Of a stretch of 64,000 nucleotides of DNA, positions 25,776 to 38,986 are shown one piece after another; position 1 is the stretch's first letter, and each line of letters opens with the position of its first letter. Source of the DNA: Gracilinanus agilis (Eukaryota); the NCBI RefSeq assembly GCF_016433145.1, contig NC_058130.1, positions 59,083,798-59,147,797 on the forward strand. Direction: 5' to 3'. A program made the translations under genes and the position numbers. The notes under the pieces were generated by a model. That model saw only the letters and a program-made list of their open reading frames with translations, was not told where the DNA came from and searched no databases.

Positions 25776-25914
25776 TTCTAGTGGGAGAATCAAGTGTAAT
25801 ACCCACCCACACATACACAAAACCTGCCAACAGTACCAAAAGGCATATTAGGGACATATGATGATAATAGCTCAGATTCTTCAAGCTGGGAAAGATTCTA
25901 GGAATCATCTAGAT

Positions 25915-26109
25915 CAGTGATTCCCAAAGTGGGCGCTACCGCCCCCTGGTGGGTGCTGCAGTGATCCAGGAGAGCAGTGATGGCCACAGGTGCATTTATC
26001 TTTCCTATTAATTGCTATTAAAATTAAAAAAAAATTAATTTCCAGGGGGCTAAAAATTATTTTTTTTCTGGAAAGGGAGTGGTAGGCCAAAATAGTTTGG
26101 GAACCATTG
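25915..26109. mobile_element. Non-autonomous hAT MITE, family B copy 1
   Basis: TIRs cagtgattcccaaa / tttgggaaccattg. Perfect 8-bp TSD atctagat at 25907-25914 and 26110-26117. Confidence 0.93.
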
Positions 26110-26701
26110 ATCTAGATCAATAAAAATTAAGTGGCAATCATGTGTTAAGCTTTATTCCAGGTGTTGGTGATACAAAGACAAAAAAAAAAAAAAAAAAAAA
26201 GGAGATTGTTTCTTTCCAATGGAATCTACTTTCATTTGACAGAAGGGGAAATTGAGCTTTAGAAAGGAGAAATATTTTTTCTCACAAGTCATAAATGAAG
26301 GTGGTGACAGAACCAGGACTAGAACTCAAGTTTTCTGGGTTTCCAGTATCCTAGAGGCTAGGTATCCAGACAAGTATGATGTTACTACTCTATAGACAGT
26401 GAATGTTAAAAGAATTCAGAGAAATCAGAAAGCTTGAGGGGCTAGTATAGTCCAAAAAAGGCTATTGAAGTGATCAGGAAGGAGATAAGATTTGAACTGT
26501 ACCTCGAAAAGGAAGGAGGAGTGTAGATTCATAGAGATGGGGCAGTGCCAGAAGAATATGAAGATCCCTTTTTATAGACCCTCTCAAGCATTCCTACTAC
26601 TCTCTTACTCTCTCCAAATTCTGAATTGGGTGCCCTTTTCCCTCTAGCTCAAGGATATTTAATCTAGTAGTTCATGAAATTTTCTTTTTAATTGATACTA
26701 T

Positions 26702-26880
26702 TGGAGCAGATAGATGGATAAGAGAGCCAAGTCTGAGTTCAAATCTTGCCTCAGACACTTCCTAGCTGTGTGACCCTGGGCAAGTCCCTTAATCACCCAT
26801 TACCCAACCCTTATCTTTCTTCTGCCTTGATACCAATACACAATATTGATTCAAACACAGAAAACTAAGGGTTTTAAAAA
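26702..26880 (+). mobile_element. SINE1_Mdo-like
   Basis: gagttcaaatcttgcctcagacacttcctagctgtgtgaccctgggcaag...cttctgccttg...aagggtttt(a)n. Confidence 0.85.
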
Positions 26881-27097
26881 TTGGATTTTTTCCATTACTA
26901 ATTTCTTTTGAAGTCATTTGTATTTTATTTTATGCATTTAATAACATTCTGAGGAGTCCAAGGCTTCAGCAGACTACAAATGGAGATTCTTGCTTTAAGT
27001 AGAGCCTGCTGGGAGCTCAGGGCAAGTATTAGCAAGGGCTCTTTCAAAACTGTATTCCAATTACTCGATAAGGAGATCACTAAGACCCAGCATAATT

Positions 27098-27198
27098 ATT
27101 ATTGTTCAGCCACATCCAAGTTTTTGTGACCTTGTAGACCATACTGTCCATGGGGTTTTCTTGGCAAAGATACTGGAGTGGTTTACCATTTCTTCACC
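27098..27198 (-). mobile_element. RTE/MAR1 3' tail fragment
   Basis: ccatggggttttcttggcaaagatactggagtggtttaccatttcttc. Confidence 0.7.
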
Positions 27199-28349
27199 AG
27201 TGGATAGAGTTAGGATCCAGACCAGCATACACACAATCAAAAAGCTGGAAGTGCCCTCAGGGCATGCCAGCTCCTGCCCTGGATGTCTGATTTCCCTTCT
27301 TTCCTACCACTTGGAGCTTGGTCATGATCTGCTGGGACTCTTCCATTATCTTCTCACAAATACCATCAGCACTGGGGAAGGTTTTCAAGTTCGTGTGCCC
27401 ACCTGCAACTTCAAGCTGCCTGTAATCCCCCCTGCATTACCCCAGAGAGCAGAGAGAGGAAGTGCTCACTTTGGGAAGCTAGAAAGAGGGGCAGGGCATG
27501 CAAAAACATCCTTGGGTGCTGGGAAGAGGGGGAATGGAGCAGCTCCCCCTGTGCCAGCTGGGCACTCTTGCCAATACTTCACCAACACTGGTCCAAATGA
27601 ACTCAACAGAATGTTAACCCTATAGTTTCACCAGCCCAGTCTGGCTGTAGCCCAGAACTCTCTGTTTCTAAAGAAAATAAAACATGTACTAAGAGACCAT
27701 CTTGAGGTTCTTTTAATGTCCAAGAAGTAATTAACAATTACAGACAGCTTGAAAATCCTTTCTCTTACCCCCACACATCTGTCTGCATTTCAAATCAGGC
27801 ATTCCCCAGAGCCTAGTATCCTTGGTTTAGGCGGGGATATTTCGGGCCAAGGGCAAATGGAAGTGTCTCCTCTGTCTGCGATTGGGCTTCAGGCTGTTTT
27901 TTTCAAATGGAGGATGTATTTTTCCTTTGCCAACTAGCTAGCACAGACCCAGAGCTTATCTTTATGCAGGCTGCTAAGTGTGTTGCTTGCTATGATAACC
28001 CGGGTCTTTCCAGTTTTGGTTGTGGAAGCTGTTTCCTACGAACTTCAGCTGGGTGAAAGATCTTGGCTGCTGGAGAGGCTGGAGACAGGTGAGGCTGCAA
28101 AGCCTGGGATTTTAGGACTGAAGTTTGCTCATTTCTTCTAGGTCTCAGTTCTTTTCGAGGCAGAAGTCATTTGAGCATTATTGTTTGACATTATTCATTA
28201 TTGAGCATTATTGATAGACCTCGGGGTTTGTAAAATGTCTATGTCATCTAATTTGCATTAGATGTTACTTACATTAACTTTTCAAGGTGAGTATCTTGCT
28301 AGCCCCTACTTGGTGATGGGAAACCGGCACGGGTATGGGGAGGTATAGG

Positions 28350-28605
28350 CAGGTAATTGGGGCAGAGGATAGAGCACTGGACCTGGAGTCAGGAAGACCT
28401 GAGTTCAAATTCAGATTCAGATACTTTCCATCTGTATGGGAAAGTTATTTAACTGTTATCTGCTCAGTTTCCTCATCTGTAAATTGATGATGATGATGAT
28501 GATGATAATAATAATATAATAACTACTTCCTGGAGTTGTTGTGAGGATAAAACAAGATAATATTTGTAAAGTGTCTGACATAGAGTGGTATTAATAAATG
28601 CCTAT
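28350..28605 (+). mobile_element. MIR SINE
   Basis: ggatagagcactggacctggagtcaggaagacctgagttcaaat...ctcagtttcctcatctgtaaa...gttgtgaggataaa. Confidence 0.85.
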
Positions 28606-28639
28606 CCCCCCAAATTATCTTACTCCCTCTGTCTTTTAC

Positions 28640-28813
28640 CTTCTATCTTAGAATCAATACTAAGTATGAGTTCCAAGGCAGAATAGCAACAAGAACTAGA
28701 CAATTGGAGTTAAGTGACTCACCCAAGGTCAACACAGCTAGGATGTGTCTGAGGTCAGTTTTGAAACCAGGACCTCTTGTCTCCAGTCCTGGCTCTTTGT
28801 CCACTTAGCCACC
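28640..28813 (-). mobile_element. SINE1_Mdo-like
   Basis: taccttctatcttagaatcaatactaagtat...ccaaggcagaa...cagctaggatgtgtctgagg. Confidence 0.8.
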
Positions 28814-30216
28814 GAGGGAAATAGCTCTCTGTCTTTCTGTCACTCCCTTTGTCTGGAATGCCCTCTCCCCTCCTGTTAATTTTTCAGGTATTGGAAGCTA
28901 AAAGGCTTTAGAACTCAAAAGGTTTCTCTAAAGACCATCTAGTCCAACTCCCTATTTTTACAGTGCCTGAGACCCAACAAGTGATTTGCTCAAGGTCATC
29001 TAAGTAGTAAATGTCAAAAGTGAGATTTGAACCCATTTCCTCTGACTCTAGAACCAATGATCTCTTCCTTATTCCACTCCTCCTTACAAAGCCCCTCATG
29101 ACTGCTTCATCCCTCTGTCATGTCCCCTGGCAGTACATAACATTTATACTCAACCTCAGGATTTCTGATTCAGCATCCCATCATTCCCTAGCTGTGGTCA
29201 CTTTATACCTCACCTGGAGGCTTAATTCTTCAGAAGAATTCCTGACCAATGTCACCATAAATGATAAGGATCCATGGATTCTCAGCTCAACATTTAGTCA
29301 CTTTGATTATGTGTTCAGATGCTAGGAACTATGGTCCTTTTATCCTTCATCCTTAGTGCCCTATTTCCTGGCACTGAGACCTTATTTCCATGCCATTTCT
29401 CTAAGGGTCCACACTCCTATCTGCAAATTCCAGCTCTATTTGTTAGGCTCTCCACAGCCTGGATCTGTCCTTGGTACCTGCTTTCAGTCTTCTCTGGTGT
29501 CCCCCAGTTGCCTGGCTCTTGGGAGACACCCCTCTGCCTCCTCATGTTTTTGGATTTCCATCTGTTACCAGCTGTCAAACTCCTGCCTTTACTACCTTTG
29601 GCCAGTGGTTGTGGGTAATGAGTGATGATACTGCATGGAGGAAACAACAATAGGGAATAGTAGGCAGTCCTTGAGGTGAAGGAAGGGAAGAGAATCCAAA
29701 TTAGAATCAAATTAAGTAGAAGTAGCATGAAATTGCCAAAACAGCCCTGGATTGGGAGTCAGAAGGTGTGATTTCCCATCCTTCCTTTGACACAACATGT
29801 ATGACCTTGGGCAAGTACCTCGATTGTTAATTGTGAAATAAATAGATTGATCTAGATAGTCTCTAGGGTTCCTTTCAGCTCTTAGCCTATAACCCTAAAG
29901 ACCAAAAGGACATGCCAGTTTGCTAATCTAGTTTCTTTAAAGAGCCCCAAATCCAAGTGGTTTATATGGAAACAGGAAACCTAATACAGGATCAAAGACT
30001 CAGGGTCTGACACCAAATACCTGTGTGGACTCGAGAGAGGTCCCCTTGGATGTCTCTGGACTTGGTTTCTATATCTCTAAAATGAGAAGACTTGGGTTAT
30101 ATCACTAAGGTTCCTTTCAGCTCTAAATCTAAGATCCTATGATCATGATCCATTCAGAGAGTACAAGGGTTGAGGGCATTGACTGTATGATTTTACCTAT
30201 GTCCCTTGGGGGTTGA

Positions 30217-30373
30217 GTTTTTTTTAACCCTTACTTTCTCTCTTAGTAGCAATTCTAAGACAGAAGAGCAGTAAGGGTTTGGCAATGGGGGTTAAGTGGC
30301 TAGCCCAGAGTCACACAGCTGGGAGTATCTAAGGTTATATTTGAACCCAGGGCCTGGTGCTAGTAGCTGCCCC
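30217..30373 (-). mobile_element. SINE1_Mdo-like with internal deletion
   Basis: tttttaacccttact...aattctaagacagaagagcagtaaggg...tagctgcccc. Confidence 0.8.
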
Positions 30374-30664
30374 TAGGGTTCAGCTTCTTCAAGAGGCTAC
30401 ATATACTTATTGCCTTTTGTCCTGCCTTGTGTTGACGAATCCAGCTTTCTGGTCTGCTATGCTTTCTCTGAATGTGAGCACAGCCACAGAACAGTATATT
30501 CAGATAGTAATATTGCTAGGTTGCTTGTTCCCTTGCTGGTGGGTCTGTCTAGTCATCCCCAACCTCACCCACCTTACTGCCATGTGAGTGCCAGAACTTA
30601 ACATCTGCCACTCTAATCAGGGTCTTGTCATATTGTATTGGTTGGGAGTTTGTTTGTTTTCAAT

Positions 30665-31060
30665 ATAGGCAACTAATGGTGCAGTGAATACAGCACTGGG
30701 TTTAGAGTCCAGAAGACCTAATCACAGACACTAACTAGCTGTGTGACCCTGATCAAGTCACTTCACTCCATTTGCCTCAGTTTCCTCCTCTGTAAAATGG
30801 GATAATAATAGCATTAGCCTCCCAAGCTTGTTGTGATAATATATTATAAAGCACTTAGCACAGTACCTAACACATAATAGGAGCTATATGTGTTACTTAT
30901 TATTATTATTATTATTATTTAACCTCTTTGCCTCAGTTTCCTCAACCGTAAAATGGGTATAATAATAGAATCTATCTCAAAGTTAACTGACAAAATGTTT
31001 GTAAAGGCACTTAGCCCAGTGCCTGCTATATGGTAGATGCTACAAAAAATGTTTATTATT
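30665..31060 (+). mobile_element. MIR SINE with a second partial CORE and tail copy
   Basis: ggcaactaatggtgcagtg...tttgcctcagtttcctcctctgtaaaatggg...gcacttagcacagtacc. The core and tail recur after an (att)n run. Confidence 0.75.
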
Positions 31061-33474
31061 TTTCTTCCTTATCTGTTTTATTTTAGCAGTCTTGGCACTG
31101 GCAACTTTTCCTGTAGCCTACATGGGGTTTTCATTCCTATATTGCTTCTTGCCACCCTGAGTTCTAAAGTAATCCAGGGATCCACTTGGATATTTATTAA
31201 TTACTAAAATTCCAATCAATCAATTAGCTTTGAGCTCTACCCAAGTTTATGTAATACTTTTTATTTTAATTTTAAATATTTTATATTTAATAAATGGGAA
31301 AATATCTCTCTGTGCCTCTATCTTCTGTATGTATATGTATACTTATATATGTATATATGTTATTATATGTATGTGTATATATTACATATATCATTTACAT
31401 GCAAGTGTATCTTAATATTATATACACAATATAAGCATATTATATATACACACATATATACCTATATATGTATATATGCATATATAAACCCCTAATCTCC
31501 TATGTTTGCATAAATATCAGTTTATTAATGATGTAACTAATAATAACAGACATAAATAATTATTTACAATATTTTAGCTCTGGGAAAGAACACAGCTGGA
31601 ATCACTTCTAATCATTACCACAACTACAAATAGCTTGTCCTCAATTCTGGAACAATGGTTCCACCATTCCATCCACTCAGGATATGAATTCAATTACCTT
31701 CCCAAGGACTCTTTTTCATTCTCTTTGAAAGATGTGTTAAAACAATTCTCGCCTGAAAAGAAATTCACTTTATCCTCTTTCTTTCTGTCTTCTTAAGCCA
31801 CCAATGTTAACAGTCTCTCCAAAATGACAGCTAAACTGCCAGTACCTCAAGATGATAATGTCTTAAAGATATAGTAATAATTTTCTTCTCTGTGGGAAAA
31901 GCTATTGAAGCTAGGGTTACATAGGTTTATGTCCTGCATCCCCATCTAGTCAATCAGTCAATAAACATTTATTAAGTGCCTACCACTGTCCCAACAAGTT
32001 TTAGGCAATTCTCCTGAGAGCAAGAAAAGTATCTCAGAACTCAGTGTGTTCCCAGTGCCTTACAAACTATAGGTCCTCGGTAAATATTTGTCTTTGATGA
32101 TGACAGGTTCTTATTCAGATTCACAGGGCAAATCAATAACATGAGCAAGCATGGAGTTCATAGCCTATATCTCCCTTGGGAGTGGCTTAGCCCTCTGCAC
32201 CATGTTGGAAAGAAACCAGGGTACATGGGGAGGAGAAGCAAGGAGGATGAAGTGTCTGTGCTGGAAGGGAGAGAGTCATCCTGTTCTTTCCAAGAATAAA
32301 ATGGATGAAAGGAATTTACATATTAATTAATCTCAGGGTCAAGTTCTTAAATAGCACACTTTGGCTATTCAGGGATTTGGGACAAGTTAAGTGAACTGAT
32401 CAAGAATGAATGATAATGCTAAGAAAAAGAGGCTTTTTGGAGCTGGGTAATACTAATTTAAAAATTCCATATTTTCTTCCATTTCATAGTCTTTCTTTCC
32501 TTCTAGGTGTTCTCTTGAATCTTCTATGTTAAAGATATCAGATGCCTATTTTGTGTCCCATTCCTTCAGAGGGTTGATCCTCACTAAGGTGTGAATGGAT
32601 GAGGTTTAAGCAAAGAGACCTTAGGTTAATAATTTCCTTCCTCTGGATCTATTTCCTCCTCTATAAAATGAAGGAATTGAACTAGATGATCTTCATGATT
32701 CTTTCTAGTCCTAAAGTTCTCTGGTTTTAAGCTGTTCTTATAAAAGATCTATTATCCTCTCTGGGCTCATTCCCCAACTCCCACTTGAACTTACATGTTG
32801 GCTTCTCCAGAGGGAAGCTGACTACTAACATCAGTTGTAGTGCTATTGCTCACAAGCCCCCACCAGTGTGTTTCCCACTGATAATAAGCTGATAGCTTCA
32901 ATTAGTTTTTAATTGGTATTTATGAAGGTGTTTTCTAAGATGGTCCAGTAAGAACAAGTGATAGAGAATAACCCTGCCTCACCCCTTCCTTATGGCCCTG
33001 GGCTATTCTCCCACAAATAGAGGCAGAATCTGATGAATAGAAGCTTTAAACTTAGGGTTCAATAGTAATGAGGTACACACATAAAGAACATATAAGGCCA
33101 AAAGGTGAACTCCCAACTCCTGGTAACTGGAAGTCCTATTTTGAGTATATGGCAGGCATTTTTTTTTTTAAATTACAAGGAGTCACACTCCATGAAGCCA
33201 TTTCTTTACTTGAGTGGTGATTTTTCAGCATTCATGCTTGTTCTAAGTATGCCCTTCCCAGCTTCTAGATGACTGTATTATCTTCTGCTGGTCCAGTCTT
33301 TTGAATAAATAATATGCTTAACTGGGAAGGGGAAGAAAGAGAGAAACTCTTCCCCTTCCAAGAGGAATTTCCTCTCTGGAGTTTGGCTCAAACTATGCTA
33401 TTGCAATTGGTTACTGCATAGGAATTTTTCAATCACTAGACTGCTTGAATGCTGAATTCAACTAAGCATTAGAC

Positions 33475-33666
33475 CAATGATTCCCAAAGTGGGCACTACC
33501 ATCCTCTGGTGGGTGCTGTAGCGATCCAGGAGGGTGGTGATGGCCACAAGTGCATTTATCTTTCCTATTAATTGTTATTAAAATTTTTTAAAATTAATTT
33601 CCAGGGGGCTAAGTAATATTTTTTCTGGAAAGGGGGTGGTAGGCCAAAAAAGTTTGGGAACCACTG
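33475..33666. mobile_element. Non-autonomous hAT MITE, family B copy 2
   Basis: TIRs caatgattcccaaa / tttgggaaccactg. Perfect TSD cattagac at 33467-33474 and 33667-33674. Colinear with 25915-26109. Confidence 0.93.
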
Positions 33667-33976
33667 CATTAGACTAACTGTTCTTTTTATATGTAGTCTA
33701 AGAGCCATGATTTGATCTTTTCAGTTTATCATTAGATATTGCTTGGGTGACATCATATGGGTGACACCCAATGGCCAAAAGCCCTACCAGCCCTTCAGAT
33801 TAATTAAAGGCTTGTCCTAACAGTGTTGTGAGGTTATGGAAAATACCTTTATATCTAGTTTAGTCTGTTCATTGATTGATTGAGTGAGATAGGGGTAGAA
33901 CCCTACCCTTACTAAATATTTGCTCTTTTACAGAAAAGTCTTGAACCTAGAAAAATAGTTTTCTTAATTTAAAAAA

Positions 33977-34551
33977 TTTTTTATTTAGAAAATTTTATTT
34001 AAATTAATTAATTTGGAATAGTTTTCCATGGTTACAAGATTCATGTGCTTTCCCTCCCCTCCCCCACCCCCTTCCATAGCCAACATATAATTCCACTGGG
34101 TTTTACATGTGTCATTGATCAAGACCTATTTCCATATAATTGATTCTTGCTCTAGGGTGGTCATTTAGTGTCTACATCCCCAATCATATCCCCATCAACC
34201 CATGTGATCAAGCAATTGCTTTTCTTCTGTGTTTCTACTCCTACAGTTCTTCCTCTGAATGTGGATAATGTTCTTTCCATAAATTCCTCAGATTGTCCTG
34301 GATTGTTGCATTGTTGCTAGTACAGAAGTCCATTACATTTGATTGTGCCACAGTATATCAGTCTCTGTGTACAATGCTCTCCTGGTTCTGCTCCTTTCAC
34401 TCTGCATCAATTCCTGGAGTTCACATGGAATTCCTCCAGTTCATTATTCCTTTGAGCACAATAGTATTCCATTACCAACAGGTACCACAATTTGTTCAGC
34501 TATTCCCCAATTGAAGGGCAACCCCTTGTTTTCCAGTTTTTTGCCACCACA
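33977..34551 (-). mobile_element. Opossum L1 3' end (5'-truncated)
   Basis: T-rich tail, ttttccatggttacaagattcatg, ccccaatcatatccccatc, ttgttcagctattccccaattga. Confidence 0.9.
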
Positions 34552-35924
34552 GCAGAAAAATCTTTAAAATACAAAGGAATGATTTTCTAATGAGGTCTAA
34601 GTGGTCGAGATGTTCAGGAGAGTTATTCCTAAATCTTCTGAATCATGTAATAAAGATTCCTTCTTCTTTCGGGATTAGTGGAAGTAATAATGGATTTAGT
34701 TAGAATAGCTGGTTCCAATCCTATTTCTGACATTTCCCACCTATATGACCATGGACAAGTTACTATCTTTAAGTTTTAGTTTCCTTGGATTTAAAATAGA
34801 GTTAATACATTTACTTGCTATCTTTCAGGGTTGTTGCACAGTAAAAACTTTGCCAACCTTAGAGCATTTATAGAACTGTGAGCTATTCTTATTAACACTT
34901 GTATTATTGTCCTGGTTTGGAAAGATGAACTAAGGTGTAATTGTTGGTGTGAGGAAATAGTACAACCTATGTGATAAGATTTATTTATGTCTTATTTTCA
35001 GAATTATTAACAGAGCAAAGTATGCATCAGTGTGTTCACTTGGATCACAACAGGATCTGTTCTTAGAAATGTCACCCAACCCCTTACAGGCCACTTACCT
35101 ACAAATCTGTCCTCTAGTGTCAGTTTACCTCCATTTCAGAATACTCTGAAGCTCCCCATTTCCATAAATGTCCATGGAAACCAAGCAAAAGGTAGCAAAA
35201 TATATGTAAAAATTGGGGGCTTACTTCTTTGAGGACCTAGTCATAGAGGATAAAAGAAGAACATAGATCTGAAAGTCAGGTGCCCTGAATTCTAGTTCGT
35301 ATTCTGTTACAAACTTGCTGTGTGACTCTGAGAAAGTCACTTCCCTCTCTGGGCCTCATTTTTATCAATTGTACAATTCCATACCTCTTAACATGCCTTC
35401 CAACTCTGCTACTTTGGGTCCTAATATAAACAGTCGCCAGGAAGTATCTTTTTGTGTCTGACTTCATTCCTTTGTTCCCGATCAAATTAATGTAGTGTTT
35501 GTGGCAGGAGCAGCTTGTTAGTGGAAGGCCATCCTCTGAGGTTAATGTAAAACAGGACTAAGATTCACCTAGCATGCTGGGTCCTTGCCAAGAGGAGCTA
35601 GCTAGCATAGGGATGTTATGGCATTCAGGAGAAGTATAATGCAGTCTCCAAGATTGCTGTCATCATCAAAAAAATAGAGCAAGGGGAAATTCTTGTAGAA
35701 GACAGACTCTTCAGACTGGTTCAGTGGGACCCAAATGTTTTAAGCTAGTCTAGGAGAGACATGATGAAACTAGAAAAGCATGGGAAGACTTCTATGAATG
35801 AACTCAAGCAGCATGAAGAAAGTAGACCCAGGAAAATAGGCACGATGACTGCAATAATGCAAAGGGGAAGAACCAAAAAAATCCCAAACTTTTTATAGTT
35901 TTGTTCCTGTTATTTCTGACTTCT

Positions 35925-36161
35925 TGTTAAGTCATTTTTCAGTTATATTTGACTTTTCATGACCCCCATTTGAAATTTTCTTGGCAGAGATACTGGAGTG
36001 GTTTGACATTTCCTTCTCCAGCTCATTCCACAGATGGGGAAACTTAGGTGAATAGAGTTGTGACTTTGCCCAACTAGTAGTTGAGGCCAGATTTGAACTC
36101 ATGAAAATAAGTTTCCCTGATTTCAAACCCAGTGCTCTATCCACTATGCCACCTAGCTGGC
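35925..36161 (-). mobile_element. MAR1-type SINE
   Basis: ttttcttggcagagatactggagtggtttgacatttccttctccagctcatt...ccacctagctgg. Confidence 0.85.
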
Positions 36162-36560
36162 TTCATGTCTGCTTCTTTTCCAATATCAGAGCCCCCAAAG
36201 AAATAACAGAATAAACCCATATAATGTAAGATGAGCATTTTCTGCCTCTTACTCTTCTCTGAATGTTGCACACCTCCCAGTGAAATTAGAAACTTGGGTA
36301 GGACAGGAATTTTGTATTAGCCTTTTGTGTTTCTTGAAACACACAGTACAGGACTGGGAACAAAGCAGGCATTCAGTGAATACTTGTTCATTGGTTGCTT
36401 TAAATATGTACTATGCCTACATTATTGACCACGAAATTAAAAACAAACAAACCTCAATAATAAACTGAAAAAACCCTAGAAACTCATACTTTATGATTGT
36501 ATACATCATAATCATAGTTCATAAGTTGCTTTGCAAACATTACAGTGGTAAAAGAAATGT

Positions 36561-37023
36561 ACCTTGTTCTGGGTCATGCAGATACTTTGTCATTTCCTTC
36601 TCTAGCTCATTTTACAGATGAGAAAACTGAGGCAAATAGGGTGAAGTGACTTGTTCAGGGTCATGCAGATACTTTGCTATTTCCTTCTCCAACTCATTTT
36701 ACAGATGAGGAAACTGAGGCAAACAAGGTGAAGTGACTTGTTCAGAGTCACACAGATACTTTGCCATTTCCTTCTCCAGCTCATTTTACAGATGAGGAAA
36801 CTGAGGCAAACAGGGTGAAGTGACTTGTTCAGGGTCATGCAGATACTTTGCCATTTCTTTCTCCAGCCCATTTTACATTAAGGAAACTGAGGCATTCAGG
36901 ATGAAGTGATTTGCCCACAGTAACACAACTAGTAAGTGTCTGAGGTCAGATTCAAGCTCATGAAACGGAGTCTTCCTGACTCCAAGCCAGCCACTCTATC
37001 CACTCTGCCACCTAGCTGCTCCC
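36561..37023 (-). repeat. 87-bp tandem array (about 4 units) of MAR1 CORE sequence fused to a MAR1 head
   Basis: gatactttg recurs at 36581, 36668, 36755 and 36842 (exact 87-bp period). The last unit runs into the MAR1 5' half ending cctagctgctccc. Confidence 0.92.
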
Positions 37024-37704
37024 AATAAGTGGAACAGTTATGACAAGATGAAATTCAGTTGGTTCTGAACTCTAACTCTGGTGCTCTTTCTACCCCCTAC
37101 ACCAAAATTACCAGTAACTGATTGGTTGTGAGGTAGGATCCCACAAATAATTTAACTCATAATGTCTATGGCCAGTGTTAACTGGTGGCCACAAATGACT
37201 TTTCTCTACCCTTTGGGATGGCACATAGTGGTTTTCTATATGACATGGTAGAACAAAACACTAGGTTTGGGGTGAAGAAACTTGTATTTGAGTCTGAGAT
37301 CTTCCCCTCATTAGCTATGTGGGCTAACAAGTCACCTGAGGTCTCTGGTCAAACAGAGATCACTACGTGTGCACCGCAGACCTCATGAGTCGCTCTGAAG
37401 AGTGCATCTCCTAAATGGTTCAGCATGAGATAAATGTGAGTTATTATCATGACCGTCCAGACTGCAGAGGAAGAAGGGGAAATGTCAGGAAGAAAAATTA
37501 ACAGAGGTCGGCAGGATGTAGTTGAATGCTTATAATCAATCAAAAAATATTTGCTCAGCACTTGTGATGGGGAAGGTACTTTAGGGAAATATGAGGAAGT
37601 GTAAGACAGGGTCCCCACCTGCAACTAGAAGCTTAAGAATGAGGAGTTAAGACGTGTTCAAGGAAATTGAAAAATAATTCCAGGTTTTACCTGTCAAATG
37701 AGTT

Positions 37705-37990
37705 GATGATTTCTAAAATCCCTACTAGCTCTAACATTCTGTGTTCTAAACTCTTTCTGCTCTGATAGTCTGTTCTAATATTCTGTGTTCTAAGATCCCT
37801 CCCAGTTCTGACATTCTCTGTCCTTCCTAACTGTGACATTCCATGGTCCAATATTCTGTATTAGAATCTCTCTTGGCTCTGACATTTTGTGTTCTAATAT
37901 TCTCTATTAGGGGATTTCTCCCAGCTTTGACACATATGTTCTAAGTCCCCTTCCAGCTCGAGCATTCTGTATTCTAGGGCTCCTTCCTGT
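37705..37990 (+). repeat. Degenerate ~33-bp tandem array resembling the MIR3/L3 3' tail
   Basis: Repeated cagctctgacattctgtgttctaa.tccc-like units. Confidence 0.75.
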
Positions 37991-38782
37991 GGCACCATGG
38001 TGCAGAACTACAGTTTTACAGTTAGGAATTTTTGTGTCCAGATCAAGCACCATAAACTATGATCAAAAATGGGAGTTTAAGGGGAGCCACAGACTTCCCA
38101 GGACACTAGCTCCAGTCATCCAGGGACAGCACAAGCCTGTTGTGGAGGAGACCAACGGGTAAAGAGAATGTGCTATATAGGGTAGCTTCTGGTTTTAACT
38201 AATTATTCTTTACAACTAACTGTTAAATTCAGCTGTTTCTTCATAATGAGCATGAAAGAAGCCTAATTATTCCAGGTCTGGAGGGGAATAGAGTAGTAAT
38301 TCCAACAACAAACAAATAGATGTTTTTGGGAAAGGGAGTAAAAGAATATTGGAAGCTCGTCTCCTTCCCCAGGACCCAAATCATCATAGCATTAGAGCTG
38401 GAAGAGAGCAGTGTGGCATGGGATAGGCATTCCCCATCTCACTAACAGGTCTGAGGCCTGATAGCCACCTGCCAACATGGTTTATCGGGGTGCTCATCTA
38501 CCCAGCTTTCACCTGTGAATCAATGGTACCATCACTGCTCTATATCAAGATTGAATTATTGGAATAAATGGGGTGGATGCCCACTACTCTCAGATTCCCT
38601 TCCCCAGCCCCATTATTTGATATGGTGGCCAATGTTGACCTTGGGTCAGTTACTTAACCACTTTGAGCCTCAGTTTTCTCATTTATAGCATGAAGAAGTT
38701 ATACTAGCTCCAATAATTTATAAGAAAACTTTGAAAGAGGAAAAGAAATCAATTTCATTCCTGTGCTCCTGACTCTAGTTGA

Positions 38783-38986
38783 GTTTTTTTTAAACCCTTA
38801 CTTTCTCTCTAGGAATCAAACCTGGGTTTTGGTTCCAAGGCAGAAGAGAGGTAAGGGCTAGCCAATGGGGGTTAAATGACTTGCCTAGGGTCACAAAGCA
38901 AAGAAAGTGTCTGAATCCAGACTTGAACCCAGGACCTCCAATCTCCAAGCCTGGCTCTCTATCTACTGAGTCACCTACCTGTCCCT
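38783..38986 (-). mobile_element. SINE1_Mdo-like
   Basis: taaacccttact...ttccaaggcagaagagaggtaagggctag...gtcacctacctgtccc. Flanks tagttgagtttt/tagttaagtttt. Confidence 0.88.

Noticed and set aside
36561-36930. CRISPR-like regular repeats
   Set aside because: There are no unique spacers, the units are SINE-derived and the DNA is mammalian.
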